Assembly: GCA_035620735.1 (NCBI GenBank) | Contig: DASPGH010000031.1 | Coordinates: forward strand, 1,014-65,013 | Source of the DNA: Acidimicrobiia bacterium | GTDB taxonomy: Bacteria; Actinomycetota; Acidimicrobiia; Spongiisociales; ZC4RG35 | Direction of reading: 5' to 3' | Length of the DNA: 64,000 bases | Shown: in pieces, positions 11,141-19,000 of the stretch | Layout: the number at the start of each line of letters is the position of its first letter | Position numbering within the stretch: position 1 is the first letter of the stretch | Made by a program: the position numbers and the translations under genes | Notes under the pieces: model-generated | What the model saw: the letters and a program-made list of their open reading frames with translations, nothing else | Database searches by the model: none | What the model was told of the DNA's origin: nothing

Positions 11141-12223
11141 TCAGACGCGGACCGGCATCAGCAGGTAGAGGAAGTCGCTGCCGTCGCCGGCATCCAGGAC
11201 ACCGGGTTTGAACGCGTCAATCACTCGGATCCGAACCGACTCTCCCGGGATCGCCATCACCCCGTCCTGCAGATAACGGGGGTTGAACGCGATCGACACT
11301 TCCTCGTCACTCCCCGTGAACTCACCGGACAGGTGCTCCGTCTCACCACCTACGTCCTGGCGACTGACAATCACCTCGACCCCTCCCTCCATCAACTTGA
11401 GCCGGACCGGTATGTGGTCCTCGGCCACCAGGGTCACCCGACCCAGGGCATCGAGAAGCTCCTCTTTGTCCAGGACGATCTGGTTGGGATATGCCTCGGG
11501 CAGAAGGGATTGGTACTTGGGGAAGTTGCCGTCGATCAGCCGAAGACGTAGCAGTCCCCGATCGGAGGAGAACACGGCCTCACGCTCGCGCAGTTGGGCG
11601 GTCACCTTCGGTGCACCGATGGTGCGAGGAAGCTCGCGCAAACCCCGGGCGGGGATCAATCCACTGCCTTCGAGACCAAACCCCGACAGATCTCGCTTCG
11701 CCAACCGGTAGGAGTCTGTGGCGACCATCCGCAACCCTTGGTCCGAAGTCTCGAAGAGGACACCCGTGAGAATCGGCCGCGCCCCGTCCCCGGAGGCGGC
11801 CACGGTCACCTGGTTGATCGCCTCGGCAAACGCCTCGCCATCGACTTCGACACCATCGGCGACCATATCCTCCTGCGCCGGGAAGTCCTCTGCGCTCAAG
11901 GGCCGAAGCGTGAACCTCGGGCCGTTGCCCTGAATCTCGATGTCGGTGTCACTGACTCCGATCGTCACCTGCCCCACCGGCATCTTCCGGACCGCTTCGG
12001 ATAGAAGCCGGCCCGGGATCACAGCCCGTCCCTCTTCCATCACCTCCACTTCGGCCTGGGTCCGCACCGTGATATCGAGATCGGTGCCGGTGACCCGCAA
12101 CGTGTTACCTGAGACCTCGCAGAGGAGACCCTGGAGGACAGGCAGGGCGGTCCTGGTGCCCACGGCACGGTTGGCTCGTGCGAGTACGTCGGCGAGATCG
12201 TCTCGCTGAGCTCGGATTCTCAC
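11141..12223 (-). CDS. dnaN: DNA polymerase III beta sliding clamp
   Basis: 360-aa ORF directly downstream of dnaA. Typical N-terminus MRIRAQRDDLADVLARANRAV and LMPVRV C-terminus. Confidence 0.95.
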   Translation of the reverse strand: MRIRAQRDDLADVLARANRAVGTRTALPVLQGLLCEVSGNTLRVTGTDLDITVRTQAEVEVMEEGRAVIPGRLLSEAVRKMPVGQVTIGVSDTDIEIQGNGPRFTLRPLSAEDFPAQEDMVADGVEVDGEAFAEAINQVTVAASGDGARPILTGVLFETSDQGLRMVATDSYRLAKRDLSGFGLEGSGLIPARGLRELPRTIGAPKVTAQLREREAVFSSDRGLLRLRLIDGNFPKYQSLLPEAYPNQIVLDKEELLDALGRVTLVAEDHIPVRLKLMEGGVEVIVSRQDVGGETEHLSGEFTGSDEEVSIAFNPRYLQDGVMAIPGESVRIRVIDAFKPGVLDAGDGSDFLYLLMPVRV

Positions 12224-12395
12224 AGACGGTTGTCCCTTCTTCTGTTGTTACTGATTTTCATTGAAAGGTTATTAGTTGTAGTAGGGGGTTGTGGAAGTGT
12301 GGAAAAGCTGGTTGCGGGCAATTGACGTTTGACGATTCCCCTGTGGACACCCCTGTTCACGATTCTTCGCGTTCTGGGGACGGCCGGTGGATAAC
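12224..12395. promoter_or_regulatory. Candidate oriC segment (dnaA-dnaN spacer): DnaA boxes plus AT-rich unwinding candidate
   Basis: Same-orientation box-like 9-mers: TGTGGAAAA 12297-12305, TGTGGACAC 12341-12349, GGTGGATAA 12385-12393 (each 8/9 to TGTGGACAA or TGTGGATAA), and weaker TGTGGAAGT 12289-12297. Markedly AT-rich stretch at 12241-12285. Confidence 0.65.
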
Positions 12396-13772
12396 TCAGG
12401 AGCCTGTGGAAACACCACCACCTTTCCTCAGCTCCTGTGTGAGTTGATTCACACGGTCGAACACGGCGCGATCGGAGCGCAGAATGCGTTTGACCTTCTC
12501 CACCGAGTGCAGGACGGTCGTGTGATCGCGATTGAAATGCTCCCCGATCTTGGGCAGTGAGAGGTCGGTCAGCTCACGACAGAGGTACATCGAGATCTGC
12601 CGGCAGAGCACGAGTGGTTGTTTACGACTCGAGCTGAGCACGTCTTCGACACTGAAGCCATACGCAGTAGCGGTGGTCCGGATGATGGTCTCAGGGCCCA
12701 GGGGGACGGGCTCGTCGGTGGTGACCATGTCTTTGAGCACGCGCTCGGCTGTTTCGAGGTCGATGTCGCGGCGATTCAAGGCAGACCAGGCGGTGACCCT
12801 CGTCAGCGCTCCCTCGAGCTCACGGATGTTGTCCGAGACGAGACCCGCGATGTACTCGAGGACATCGACCGGCACCGGACGCGGGGCGAACTCGGCGTTA
12901 CGTCGGAGAATGGCGATTCGTGTCTCCATGTCCGGCGGTTGGATGTCGGTGAGGAGCCCCCATTCGAATCGGCTGCGAAGCCTGTCTTCGAGAGACGACA
13001 GGTTGCGAGGATGACGGTCAGAGCTGATCACCATCTGCTTGCCCGATTCATAGAGTGAGTTGAACGTGTGGAAGAACTCTTCGAGGATCTGCTCCTTGCC
13101 CTCGAAGAACTGGACGTCGTCCAACAGGAGGACGTCGACCCCTCGATAGCGCGATTTGAAGTCGTCGGGTCGCTTACGTCGGATCGACTCGATGAAGTCG
13201 TTCAGGAAGTTCTCCGAGGAGACATAACGGACGACCAGCCCCGGATACATCTCGAGGGCCTGATGTCCGACCGCGTTGAGGAGGTGGGTCTTGCCGAGGC
13301 CGGCTCCACCGTAGATGAACAGCGGGTTGTAGTGGGTTCCGGGCTGTTCGGTCACGGCCATGGCGGCGGCCCAGGCGAAACGATTGGACTGACCAACGAC
13401 GAAGCTCTCGAAACGGTATCGCCCCATCAGGTTGGTCGCCCGTGAGGGCGAAGCCTCCTCTGTGGCGACCTCCTGTGCGGGGGTGGGGCCATCGTCTGAA
13501 AACGGGACGAGCAGTTCCGATGGGGCGGCGTCGTTGACCCGATAGGTCGGGTCGCCACCGAAGTACTGACGGTAGGTGGTGGTGATCAAATCCCCGTGCT
13601 TGTCCTTGACCCATTGCAGGTGGAACTCACTGGGAGCGACGAGGGCCAGCCGGTCACCGTCGGATTCGGGCTCGAGACGGGACAGCCACGTGTCCCAGTT
13701 GCTCTCGGATACACCCGCCTTCAAAGCACCACGGAAATCAGCCCATCGGTCACCAGCACTTTCGGGATGCAT
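12396..13772 (-). CDS. dnaA: Chromosomal replication initiator DnaA
   Basis: GGAGLGKTHLL Walker A, LLLDDVQF, C-terminal DNA-binding KIGEHFNRDHTTVLHS. Start placed at ATG 13772 (MHPESAGDRWADF). The track start at 13847 lies inside the DnaA-box cluster. Confidence 0.93.
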   Translation of the reverse strand: MHPESAGDRWADFRGALKAGVSESNWDTWLSRLEPESDGDRLALVAPSEFHLQWVKDKHGDLITTTYRQYFGGDPTYRVNDAAPSELLVPFSDDGPTPAQEVATEEASPSRATNLMGRYRFESFVVGQSNRFAWAAAMAVTEQPGTHYNPLFIYGGAGLGKTHLLNAVGHQALEMYPGLVVRYVSSENFLNDFIESIRRKRPDDFKSRYRGVDVLLLDDVQFFEGKEQILEEFFHTFNSLYESGKQMVISSDRHPRNLSSLEDRLRSRFEWGLLTDIQPPDMETRIAILRRNAEFAPRPVPVDVLEYIAGLVSDNIRELEGALTRVTAWSALNRRDIDLETAERVLKDMVTTDEPVPLGPETIIRTTATAYGFSVEDVLSSSRKQPLVLCRQISMYLCRELTDLSLPKIGEHFNRDHTTVLHSVEKVKRILRSDRAVFDRVNQLTQELRKGGGVSTGS

Positions 13773-14264
13773 CAATTGAGGGCTACTCCTCCCACGGGCC
13801 GGTTTGTCCACAGAAAAGTCCACACATGTGGAAATCTCTGTGCACATCCACCAGCGATTCGCTTACTTCTTGGCCCGGGTTGGTTGCCGTGTCATCAGCA
13901 ACGACAGGGAAGTTGGGGGCACACTCCCGGGTGAGTCGAGCGAGTATTAGATCCCGTTGCAGGTCAGTCAAGAACGCGAGAATCGCCGTTGTGGATGAAC
14001 CCTCGTCCAGGTATCCACAACAATTTCCCTGCTAGGTCCACCATTTTCCAGATGATGGTTGGCACCGGCCCCGGACAGACACGACCAAACCGCCCTAATC
14101 GAATTTTCGCGCCCTATCTCGTTTCTTCGCGACGAGGGGCCCGATATGGGTCGACCGACCCATTCCCGCCCCTTCGGTGGTCGAATGTGCACCGGCTCAC
14201 ATTGCGCAGTCACCCGTGTTTCCGTAATCTATTCGGGTTTCCCCCAATAACCCTTTGATTTGTC
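13773..14264. promoter_or_regulatory. rpmH-dnaA spacer: second DnaA-box cluster (dnaA promoter/autoregulation or second oriC part)
   Basis: TTGTCCACA 13804-13812 (perfect actinobacterial-type box), AAGTCCACA 13816-13824, TGTGGAAAT 13827-13835, TTGTGGATG 13989-13997, GTATCCACA 14011-14019. Locally lower GC. Confidence 0.6.
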
Positions 14265-14399
14265 ATGAAGAGGACCTACCAACCCAAAGTCCGTCGCAGA
14301 AAGCGACGTCATGGTTTTCGTCACCGGATGAGAACGCGCGCCGGGCGCGCGACGATCAAGAATCGTCGCCAAAAGGGCCGAAAGAGGCTCGCTGCCTAG
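14265..14399 (+). CDS. rpmH: 50S ribosomal protein L34
   Basis: Own translation: [44 protein letters not shown]. Not in the ORF track (below 60 aa). Confidence 0.95.
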   Translation: MKRTYQPKVRRRKRRHGFRHRMRTRAGRATIKNRRQKGRKRLAA

Positions 14400-14730
14400 C
14401 TCACCGACTGGCTACGAATCCCTCCGTAACTCGCGCGACTTTCGTAGAGTCCTGGACGAAGGGACCCGTCGTCGGATCGGTGGCATAGTCGTGGTCGACT
14501 CACCGGGACCAGCGGGGCCCCCGCGTGTCGGGCTCGTGGTCTCGAAGAGTTGCGGCTCGGCCGTCGCCCGCAATCGCATCAAGAGACGACTTCGCTCGGC
14601 GGCGCGAGCCGCTGAGCTCGAACCAGGAATTGATTACGTGATTATCGCCAAGCCACAGGTGTCAGATGCTCCATTCGACCAATTGGTCGGCTGGTTGGAT
14701 CGTGCCCTCGCGGATCGCAACGATGCCTGA
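14392..14730 (+). CDS. rnpA: Ribonuclease P protein component (start uncertain, probably non-canonical)
   Basis: Conserved N-terminal region [25 protein letters not shown] lies upstream of the first canonical start (GTG 14491) in the same open frame. Candidate CTG at 14392 with AGAGG 4 nt upstream. [25 protein letters not shown] is the RNR motif region. Confidence 0.8.
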   Translation: MPSSPTGYESLRNSRDFRRVLDEGTRRRIGGIVVVDSPGPAGPPRVGLVVSKSCGSAVARNRIKRRLRSAARAAELEPGIDYVIIAKPQVSDAPFDQLVGWLDRALADRNDA

Positions 14731-14968
14731 GGCCCTTCGCCCTCGCAATTGGGTCGTCGCTGCGATCCGGATCTACCAGAAACTGGTAAGTCCCAATCTG
14801 GGCGCCAACTGTCGTTATCAACCGACCTGCTCGTCCTATGCCGCCGAGGCCGTGTCTCGATTCGGGGTACTGCGCGGGGGTTGGCTGGCCATCAAGAGGA
14901 TCGGCAGATGCCATCCACTCCGTGACGGTGGCTATGACCCGGTGCCCGAGAACTGGAGAGCCGTGTAA
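14723..14968 (+). CDS. yidD: Membrane protein insertion efficiency factor YidD
   Basis: [45 protein letters not shown] 14723 overlaps the rnpA 3' end by 8 nt (rnpA TGA at 14728-14730). Confidence 0.9.
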   Translation: MPEALRPRNWVVAAIRIYQKLVSPNLGANCRYQPTCSSYAAEAVSRFGVLRGGWLAIKRIGRCHPLRDGGYDPVPENWRAV

Positions 14969-15846
14969 TGGGCGAGATCTTCAATACGTTGATCGATGCG
15001 CTGGGCTCGGTGCTCGCCTTCTTCTTCGATTTTCTCCATGGATTCATGGACGACGGTGTCGCTTATGGCGTCTCGATCATCCTCCTCACCATCGTCATCA
15101 ACATCGTGGTGTTCCCGCTCACCCTCAAACAGACGCGGGCCACCCGTGCCTTTCAGGCACTGCAACCCGAGATCAAGCGGATCCAGGCCGAGTACAAGGA
15201 CGACCCCCAGGAGCTGCAAAAACGTCTCATGGCCGCCCAAAAGGAGGCCGGGGCCACCCCCGGTGGCTGTCTGCTCCCACTTCTGGTGCAGATGCCGATC
15301 TGGTTCGCACTCTTCCGTCTCTTGGGAGCCCCCCTCGAGCACATCAACCCGGACACGGCGTTGGGGATCTCGATAGCCGATGGAACTGCCAATTCCTTCC
15401 TGGGGATGATGTTGGACACATCGCCGGCGGATGCAATGGCTGCCGGTGGTGTTGCCGTTGCGCTGCCCTATCTGATCATGATCGTCCTCATGGTGGCCAC
15501 CCAGTACATACAGCAATGGCACTCCACCTACGGACAGGTGAGCAACAAAGGCCAGCCCGGGGCCGGCGCCCAACAGGCCATCACCAAGATCATGCCCCTC
15601 TTCATCGGATTCATCTCCTGGAATTTCCCCGCAGGTCTGGTCGTGTACTGGGCAACTTCCAACCTATTCCGTCTCGGTCAACAGGTTCTGATTTTCAAGA
15701 TCGATGGGCGTCCACCCTCGCAGAGCTCGAATGGGGAGTCGAACGGGTCGAAGAACGACCGCAAATCCGAAGACTCCTCCGACACCGAGCCCAAGAAGCC
15801 ACAGCAGGGCGCCTCTAGCAAGCGCCGCAGGCGCAGGAGGAGATGA
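14968..15846 (+). CDS. yidC: YidC/Oxa1 family membrane protein insertase
   Basis: Short actinobacterial-type YidC. LPLLVQMPIWFALF and NFPAGLVVYWATSNLF motifs, basic C-terminal tail. TAATG overlap with yidD. Confidence 0.9.
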   Translation: MGEIFNTLIDALGSVLAFFFDFLHGFMDDGVAYGVSIILLTIVINIVVFPLTLKQTRATRAFQALQPEIKRIQAEYKDDPQELQKRLMAAQKEAGATPGGCLLPLLVQMPIWFALFRLLGAPLEHINPDTALGISIADGTANSFLGMMLDTSPADAMAAGGVAVALPYLIMIVLMVATQYIQQWHSTYGQVSNKGQPGAGAQQAITKIMPLFIGFISWNFPAGLVVYWATSNLFRLGQQVLIFKIDGRPPSQSSNGESNGSKNDRKSEDSSDTEPKKPQQGASSKRRRRRRR

Positions 15847-15847
15847 C

Positions 15848-16699
15848 GTGGATTACGTCGAAATCGAAGTCAGGGCCAAGAGCGTCGATTTGGCGGTCGA
15901 GGCCGCGATGCATGAGTTGGGGGTCGAAGACCGGGAGGATCTCGATGTCGACGTGATCACCGAGCCCGTCAAGGGGTTTCTGGGCATGGGTGGTCAGGAT
16001 GCCGTGGTACGGGTGAAGAAGCGTCCGGCCCGGAAACAGCGGAATCGCCGTCGGAGAGGTGACGATTCGGCCAGGTCACCACAGAAGAACAACCAGAATC
16101 GGCAGCAGCAACGCTCCCGGGACGGTAAGAATGGGGGGCGACGTCAGGATGAGAAGGGATCCAAACCCCGATCCGGCGATGGCAAGACGAAATCGGAGAA
16201 GAAAGTGCCCGACGATCGACCAAATCTGTCCTCCGAAGAGCAGGCCGATCTGGCGCGTGAGTTTCTCGAGGGTCTCGTCGAGGCCTATGGGTTGGAAGGC
16301 TCGGTCTCGACGAGGATCGACGACGATGTGATAATCGCCGATGTCGAAGGACCACAAACCGAGGCCATGGTGGGGGTTCGGGGATCGGTGCGTTCGGCGA
16401 TACACGAGTTGACCCGCACCGTCCTCCAGCGGTACAGCAAAGACACCGCCCGACTTCGTCTCGATATCGCAGGATATGCGGAACGACGTAGAAAAGCCCT
16501 GTCCATCTATGCCGAGCAGTTGATCGAGCAATTGCAGTCGGAGGGCGGGGAGATCATGCTGGAACCGATGAGCCCGGCCGACCGCAAGGTGATCCACGAT
16601 GTCGCTTCCGAACATGACGGTGTCACCTCGTATTCAGAAGGGGAAGCACCGAAGAGATATGTGGTGCTCTCCATCGTGGATGGCTCCGAAGAGGAGTAA
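15848..16699 (+). CDS. jag: Jag/KhpB-type RNA-binding protein (Jag_N, KH, R3H)
   Basis: GTG 15848 with AGGAGGAG upstream. N-terminus VDYVEIEVRAKSVDLAVEAAMHELGV, C-terminal R3H (MLEPMSPADRKVIHDV). Long basic low-complexity linker. Synteny after yidC. Confidence 0.85.
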   Translation: MDYVEIEVRAKSVDLAVEAAMHELGVEDREDLDVDVITEPVKGFLGMGGQDAVVRVKKRPARKQRNRRRRGDDSARSPQKNNQNRQQQRSRDGKNGGRRQDEKGSKPRSGDGKTKSEKKVPDDRPNLSSEEQADLAREFLEGLVEAYGLEGSVSTRIDDDVIIADVEGPQTEAMVGVRGSVRSAIHELTRTVLQRYSKDTARLRLDIAGYAERRRKALSIYAEQLIEQLQSEGGEIMLEPMSPADRKVIHDVASEHDGVTSYSEGEAPKRYVVLSIVDGSEEE

Positions 16700-16722
16700 G
16701 CCCACTTCAGGTCGAAGAATTC

Positions 16723-16756
16723 GCCCGGGTCTGCTGACCCGGGCTAATTTTTGTTT
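16723..16756 (+). terminator. Intrinsic terminator after jag
   Basis: 9-bp GC stem (GCCCGGGTC at 16723-16731 with GACCCGGGC at 16736-16744), 4-nt loop, followed by TAATTTTTGTTT. Confidence 0.8.
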
Positions 16757-17350
16757 CACGTGGAACATGTCCGGGCTGCTGCCAAATTCGCCGGCATCGA
16801 GTTGAGTTCGTCGCAGATCGTCACCTTGGGTAGATACGCCGACTGGCTCCGGTCCGAGGGTCAACACGCCGGTGGCATCGGTCCGGAAGAGGCCGATCGG
16901 GTGGAACGTCGTCATCTCGCCGATTCGTTGTTGTTTGCCGGTTATCTGCCCCGCTCGTCAGAGGTGTGGGATCTGGGGACGGGGATCGGTCTACCCGGTG
17001 TACCCCTGGCCATCGCTCTCCCCGATAGCCGTTTCGTGTTGGTTGATCGATCGCGACGTCGTATCGATCTGTTGCGTAGGGTCATTCGTATCCTCGATCT
17101 GAGGAATTGTCAGGTGGTGCACGGTGAAATCGAGAATCTTCGTGGTCCCATCCAGACCCTGGTCAGTCGGGCCAGTCTCCCCCCGGAGAAGATGATCGAG
17201 GTGGCACAGAGACTGCTGAATGACAGGGGTCGGGTGATCATGGCCGGCTCATGGACCAAGCGACCCGAGCACCCGGGGTGGGAAACGATAGAAATACCCG
17301 GGTATGTGCTTGACCAGCCCGTCTGGCTTCTTATCATGCGCCGCGAATGA
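16751..17350 (+). CDS. rsmG: 16S rRNA (guanine527-N7)-methyltransferase
   Basis: SAM motif DLGTGIGLPGVPLAIA. Synteny before parA. Start is TTG 16751 or GTG 16760. Confidence 0.9.
   Translation: MFHVEHVRAAAKFAGIELSSSQIVTLGRYADWLRSEGQHAGGIGPEEADRVERRHLADSLLFAGYLPRSSEVWDLGTGIGLPGVPLAIALPDSRFVLVDRSRRRIDLLRRVIRILDLRNCQVVHGEIENLRGPIQTLVSRASLPPEKMIEVAQRLLNDRGRVIMAGSWTKRPEHPGWETIEIPGYVLDQPVWLLIMRRE
16752..16767. promoter_or_regulatory. parS site (15/16 match to TGTTTCACGTGAAACA)
   Basis: TGTTTCACGTGGAACA read directly. Overlaps the first codons of rsmG. Confidence 0.8.
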
Positions 17351-18117
17351 CCAAGCCCATCGTGGTCGCCCTCGCCAACCAGAAGGGTGGTGTCGGCAAG
17401 TCGACCACAGCGATCAATCTGGCCGCCGCTTTGGCGTTTCAAGAACAGCGGGTGCTGCTCATCGATCTCGATCCACAGGGCAATGCTTCCAGTGGGCTGG
17501 GGATCGATCGCGGGTCCATCGAGGTATCCATCTACGACGTTCTTCTCAAGGAATCGCCCCTGGAAGATGCGGTGGAGCCGACTTCGGTTCTCAATTTGTT
17601 CGTGGTGCCGGCAACTATCGATCTCGCCGGGGCGGAAATCGAACTGGTTTCCATGTTTTCACGTGAAACACGTCTCCGTCAGGCCATCCAGGAACTCGAT
17701 GACGACTATGACATCGTGCTCATCGATTGCCCTCCCTCATTGGGTCTGCTGACGGTGAACGCATTGACGGCAGCCCAGGAAGTGGTCATCCCCATTCAAT
17801 GTGAGTATTACGCATTGGAGGGTTTGAGTCAGTTGCTCAAGAATGTGGATCTGGTTACCAGCAACCTCAATCCGGACTTGAATGTTGGTGGTGTCATCCT
17901 CACCATGTACGACGGGCGGACCAAGTTGTCCAAGGATGTCGCCGATCAGGTCCGAGACTATTTTGGAGACGCCGCCTACAAAACGGTGATCCCGAGATCG
18001 GTTCGACTCTCCGAAGCACCGTCCTACGGTGAACCGATCGAGGCATTTGATCCGATGAGTCGGGGAGCGATCGCATATCGAAATCTGGGACGTGAGTTTC
18101 TGGATCGACACGGCTAG
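17347..18117 (+). CDS. parA: Chromosome partitioning ATPase ParA/Soj
   Basis: Deviant Walker A NQKGGVGKSTT. ATGA overlap with rsmG. Confidence 0.95.
   Translation: MTKPIVVALANQKGGVGKSTTAINLAAALAFQEQRVLLIDLDPQGNASSGLGIDRGSIEVSIYDVLLKESPLEDAVEPTSVLNLFVVPATIDLAGAEIELVSMFSRETRLRQAIQELDDDYDIVLIDCPPSLGLLTVNALTAAQEVVIPIQCEYYALEGLSQLLKNVDLVTSNLNPDLNVGGVILTMYDGRTKLSKDVADQVRDYFGDAAYKTVIPRSVRLSEAPSYGEPIEAFDPMSRGAIAYRNLGREFLDRHG
17655..17670. promoter_or_regulatory. parS-like site inside parA (14/16)
   Basis: GTTTTCACGTGAAACA. The 14-nt palindromic core TTTCACGTGAAA is intact. Confidence 0.7.
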
Positions 18118-18129
18118 GAGCACAGAACG

Positions 18130-18990
18130 GTGACAACACGACGGAAAGCCGGCCTGGGTCGGGGTCTCGAGGCATTGATCCCGACCGAGATCGAGAGTGG
18201 GGCCCATCCCTCGTATCTGGAGATCCCGGTCGAGGACATAAGACCAAACCCGGATCAACCGCGAAGTCGTTTCGACGACGAGAGCATGGAGGAGTTGGCG
18301 GCCTCGATCAGAGAAGTAGGTGTCTTGCAGCCGGTTGTGGTCACCCGGGACGATCAGGGTCATCACTATCTGATAGCCGGGGAGCGGAGATGGCGGGCGG
18401 CACGGAGGGCGGGTCTGGGAACGATCCCTGCCGTGGTTCGTGGCGCCTCTGGTGACAGCACACTCGTGGAGGCCCTCGTCGAGAACGTGCAACGTCAGGA
18501 TCTGACCCCACTCGAAGAGGCACACGCCTATCGTCAGCTTCTGGAAAATACTGGAATGAAACAGGAGGAGGTGGCTGAAAGGGTCGGTAAGTCGCGCTCG
18601 GCCATCTCCAACACCCTGCGTCTGCTGCAACTCCCCGGAACGGTGCAGTCGATGATCGACAACGGCCGGCTGTCGGCCGGGCACGCCCGGGCCCTGCTCG
18701 GGCTCGAAGACGAGAGATATGCGGGTTATCTTGCGGAGAAGGCAGCGGCGGAAGGTTGGAGTGTGCGTCAGGTGGAGGACGCGGTTCGGGACCGTAAGGA
18801 AATGGGCCGACCGCCGGCTGCAAGAAGCGTCACCCAGGTACGACCAGTCGAGATCATCGAGTTGGAGAAGCGTCTCGCCGATCATCTCGGTTCGCGGGTG
18901 AAGATCGACTACAAGAACCGGAAGGGAAAAGTCGAGATCCGCTTCTCCTCGCTCGAGGACCTCGAGCGGATCTACAGGATCATCTCCTGA
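18130..18990 (+). CDS. parB: Chromosome partitioning protein ParB/Spo0J
   Basis: GLGRGLEALIP, ParB box GERRWRAA, HTH region KQEEVAERVGKSRSAISNTLRLL. Confidence 0.95.
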   Translation: MTTRRKAGLGRGLEALIPTEIESGAHPSYLEIPVEDIRPNPDQPRSRFDDESMEELAASIREVGVLQPVVVTRDDQGHHYLIAGERRWRAARRAGLGTIPAVVRGASGDSTLVEALVENVQRQDLTPLEEAHAYRQLLENTGMKQEEVAERVGKSRSAISNTLRLLQLPGTVQSMIDNGRLSAGHARALLGLEDERYAGYLAEKAAAEGWSVRQVEDAVRDRKEMGRPPAARSVTQVRPVEIIELEKRLADHLGSRVKIDYKNRKGKVEIRFSSLEDLERIYRIIS

Positions 18991-19000
18991 GTGCGATCGG

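Noticed and set aside
13968-14258. Two overlapping ~80-90-aa ORFs in the rpmH-dnaA spacer
   Set aside because: They lie in the DnaA-box/AT-richer region, lack an RBS and have non-protein-like composition. They are more likely non-coding origin or promoter DNA.
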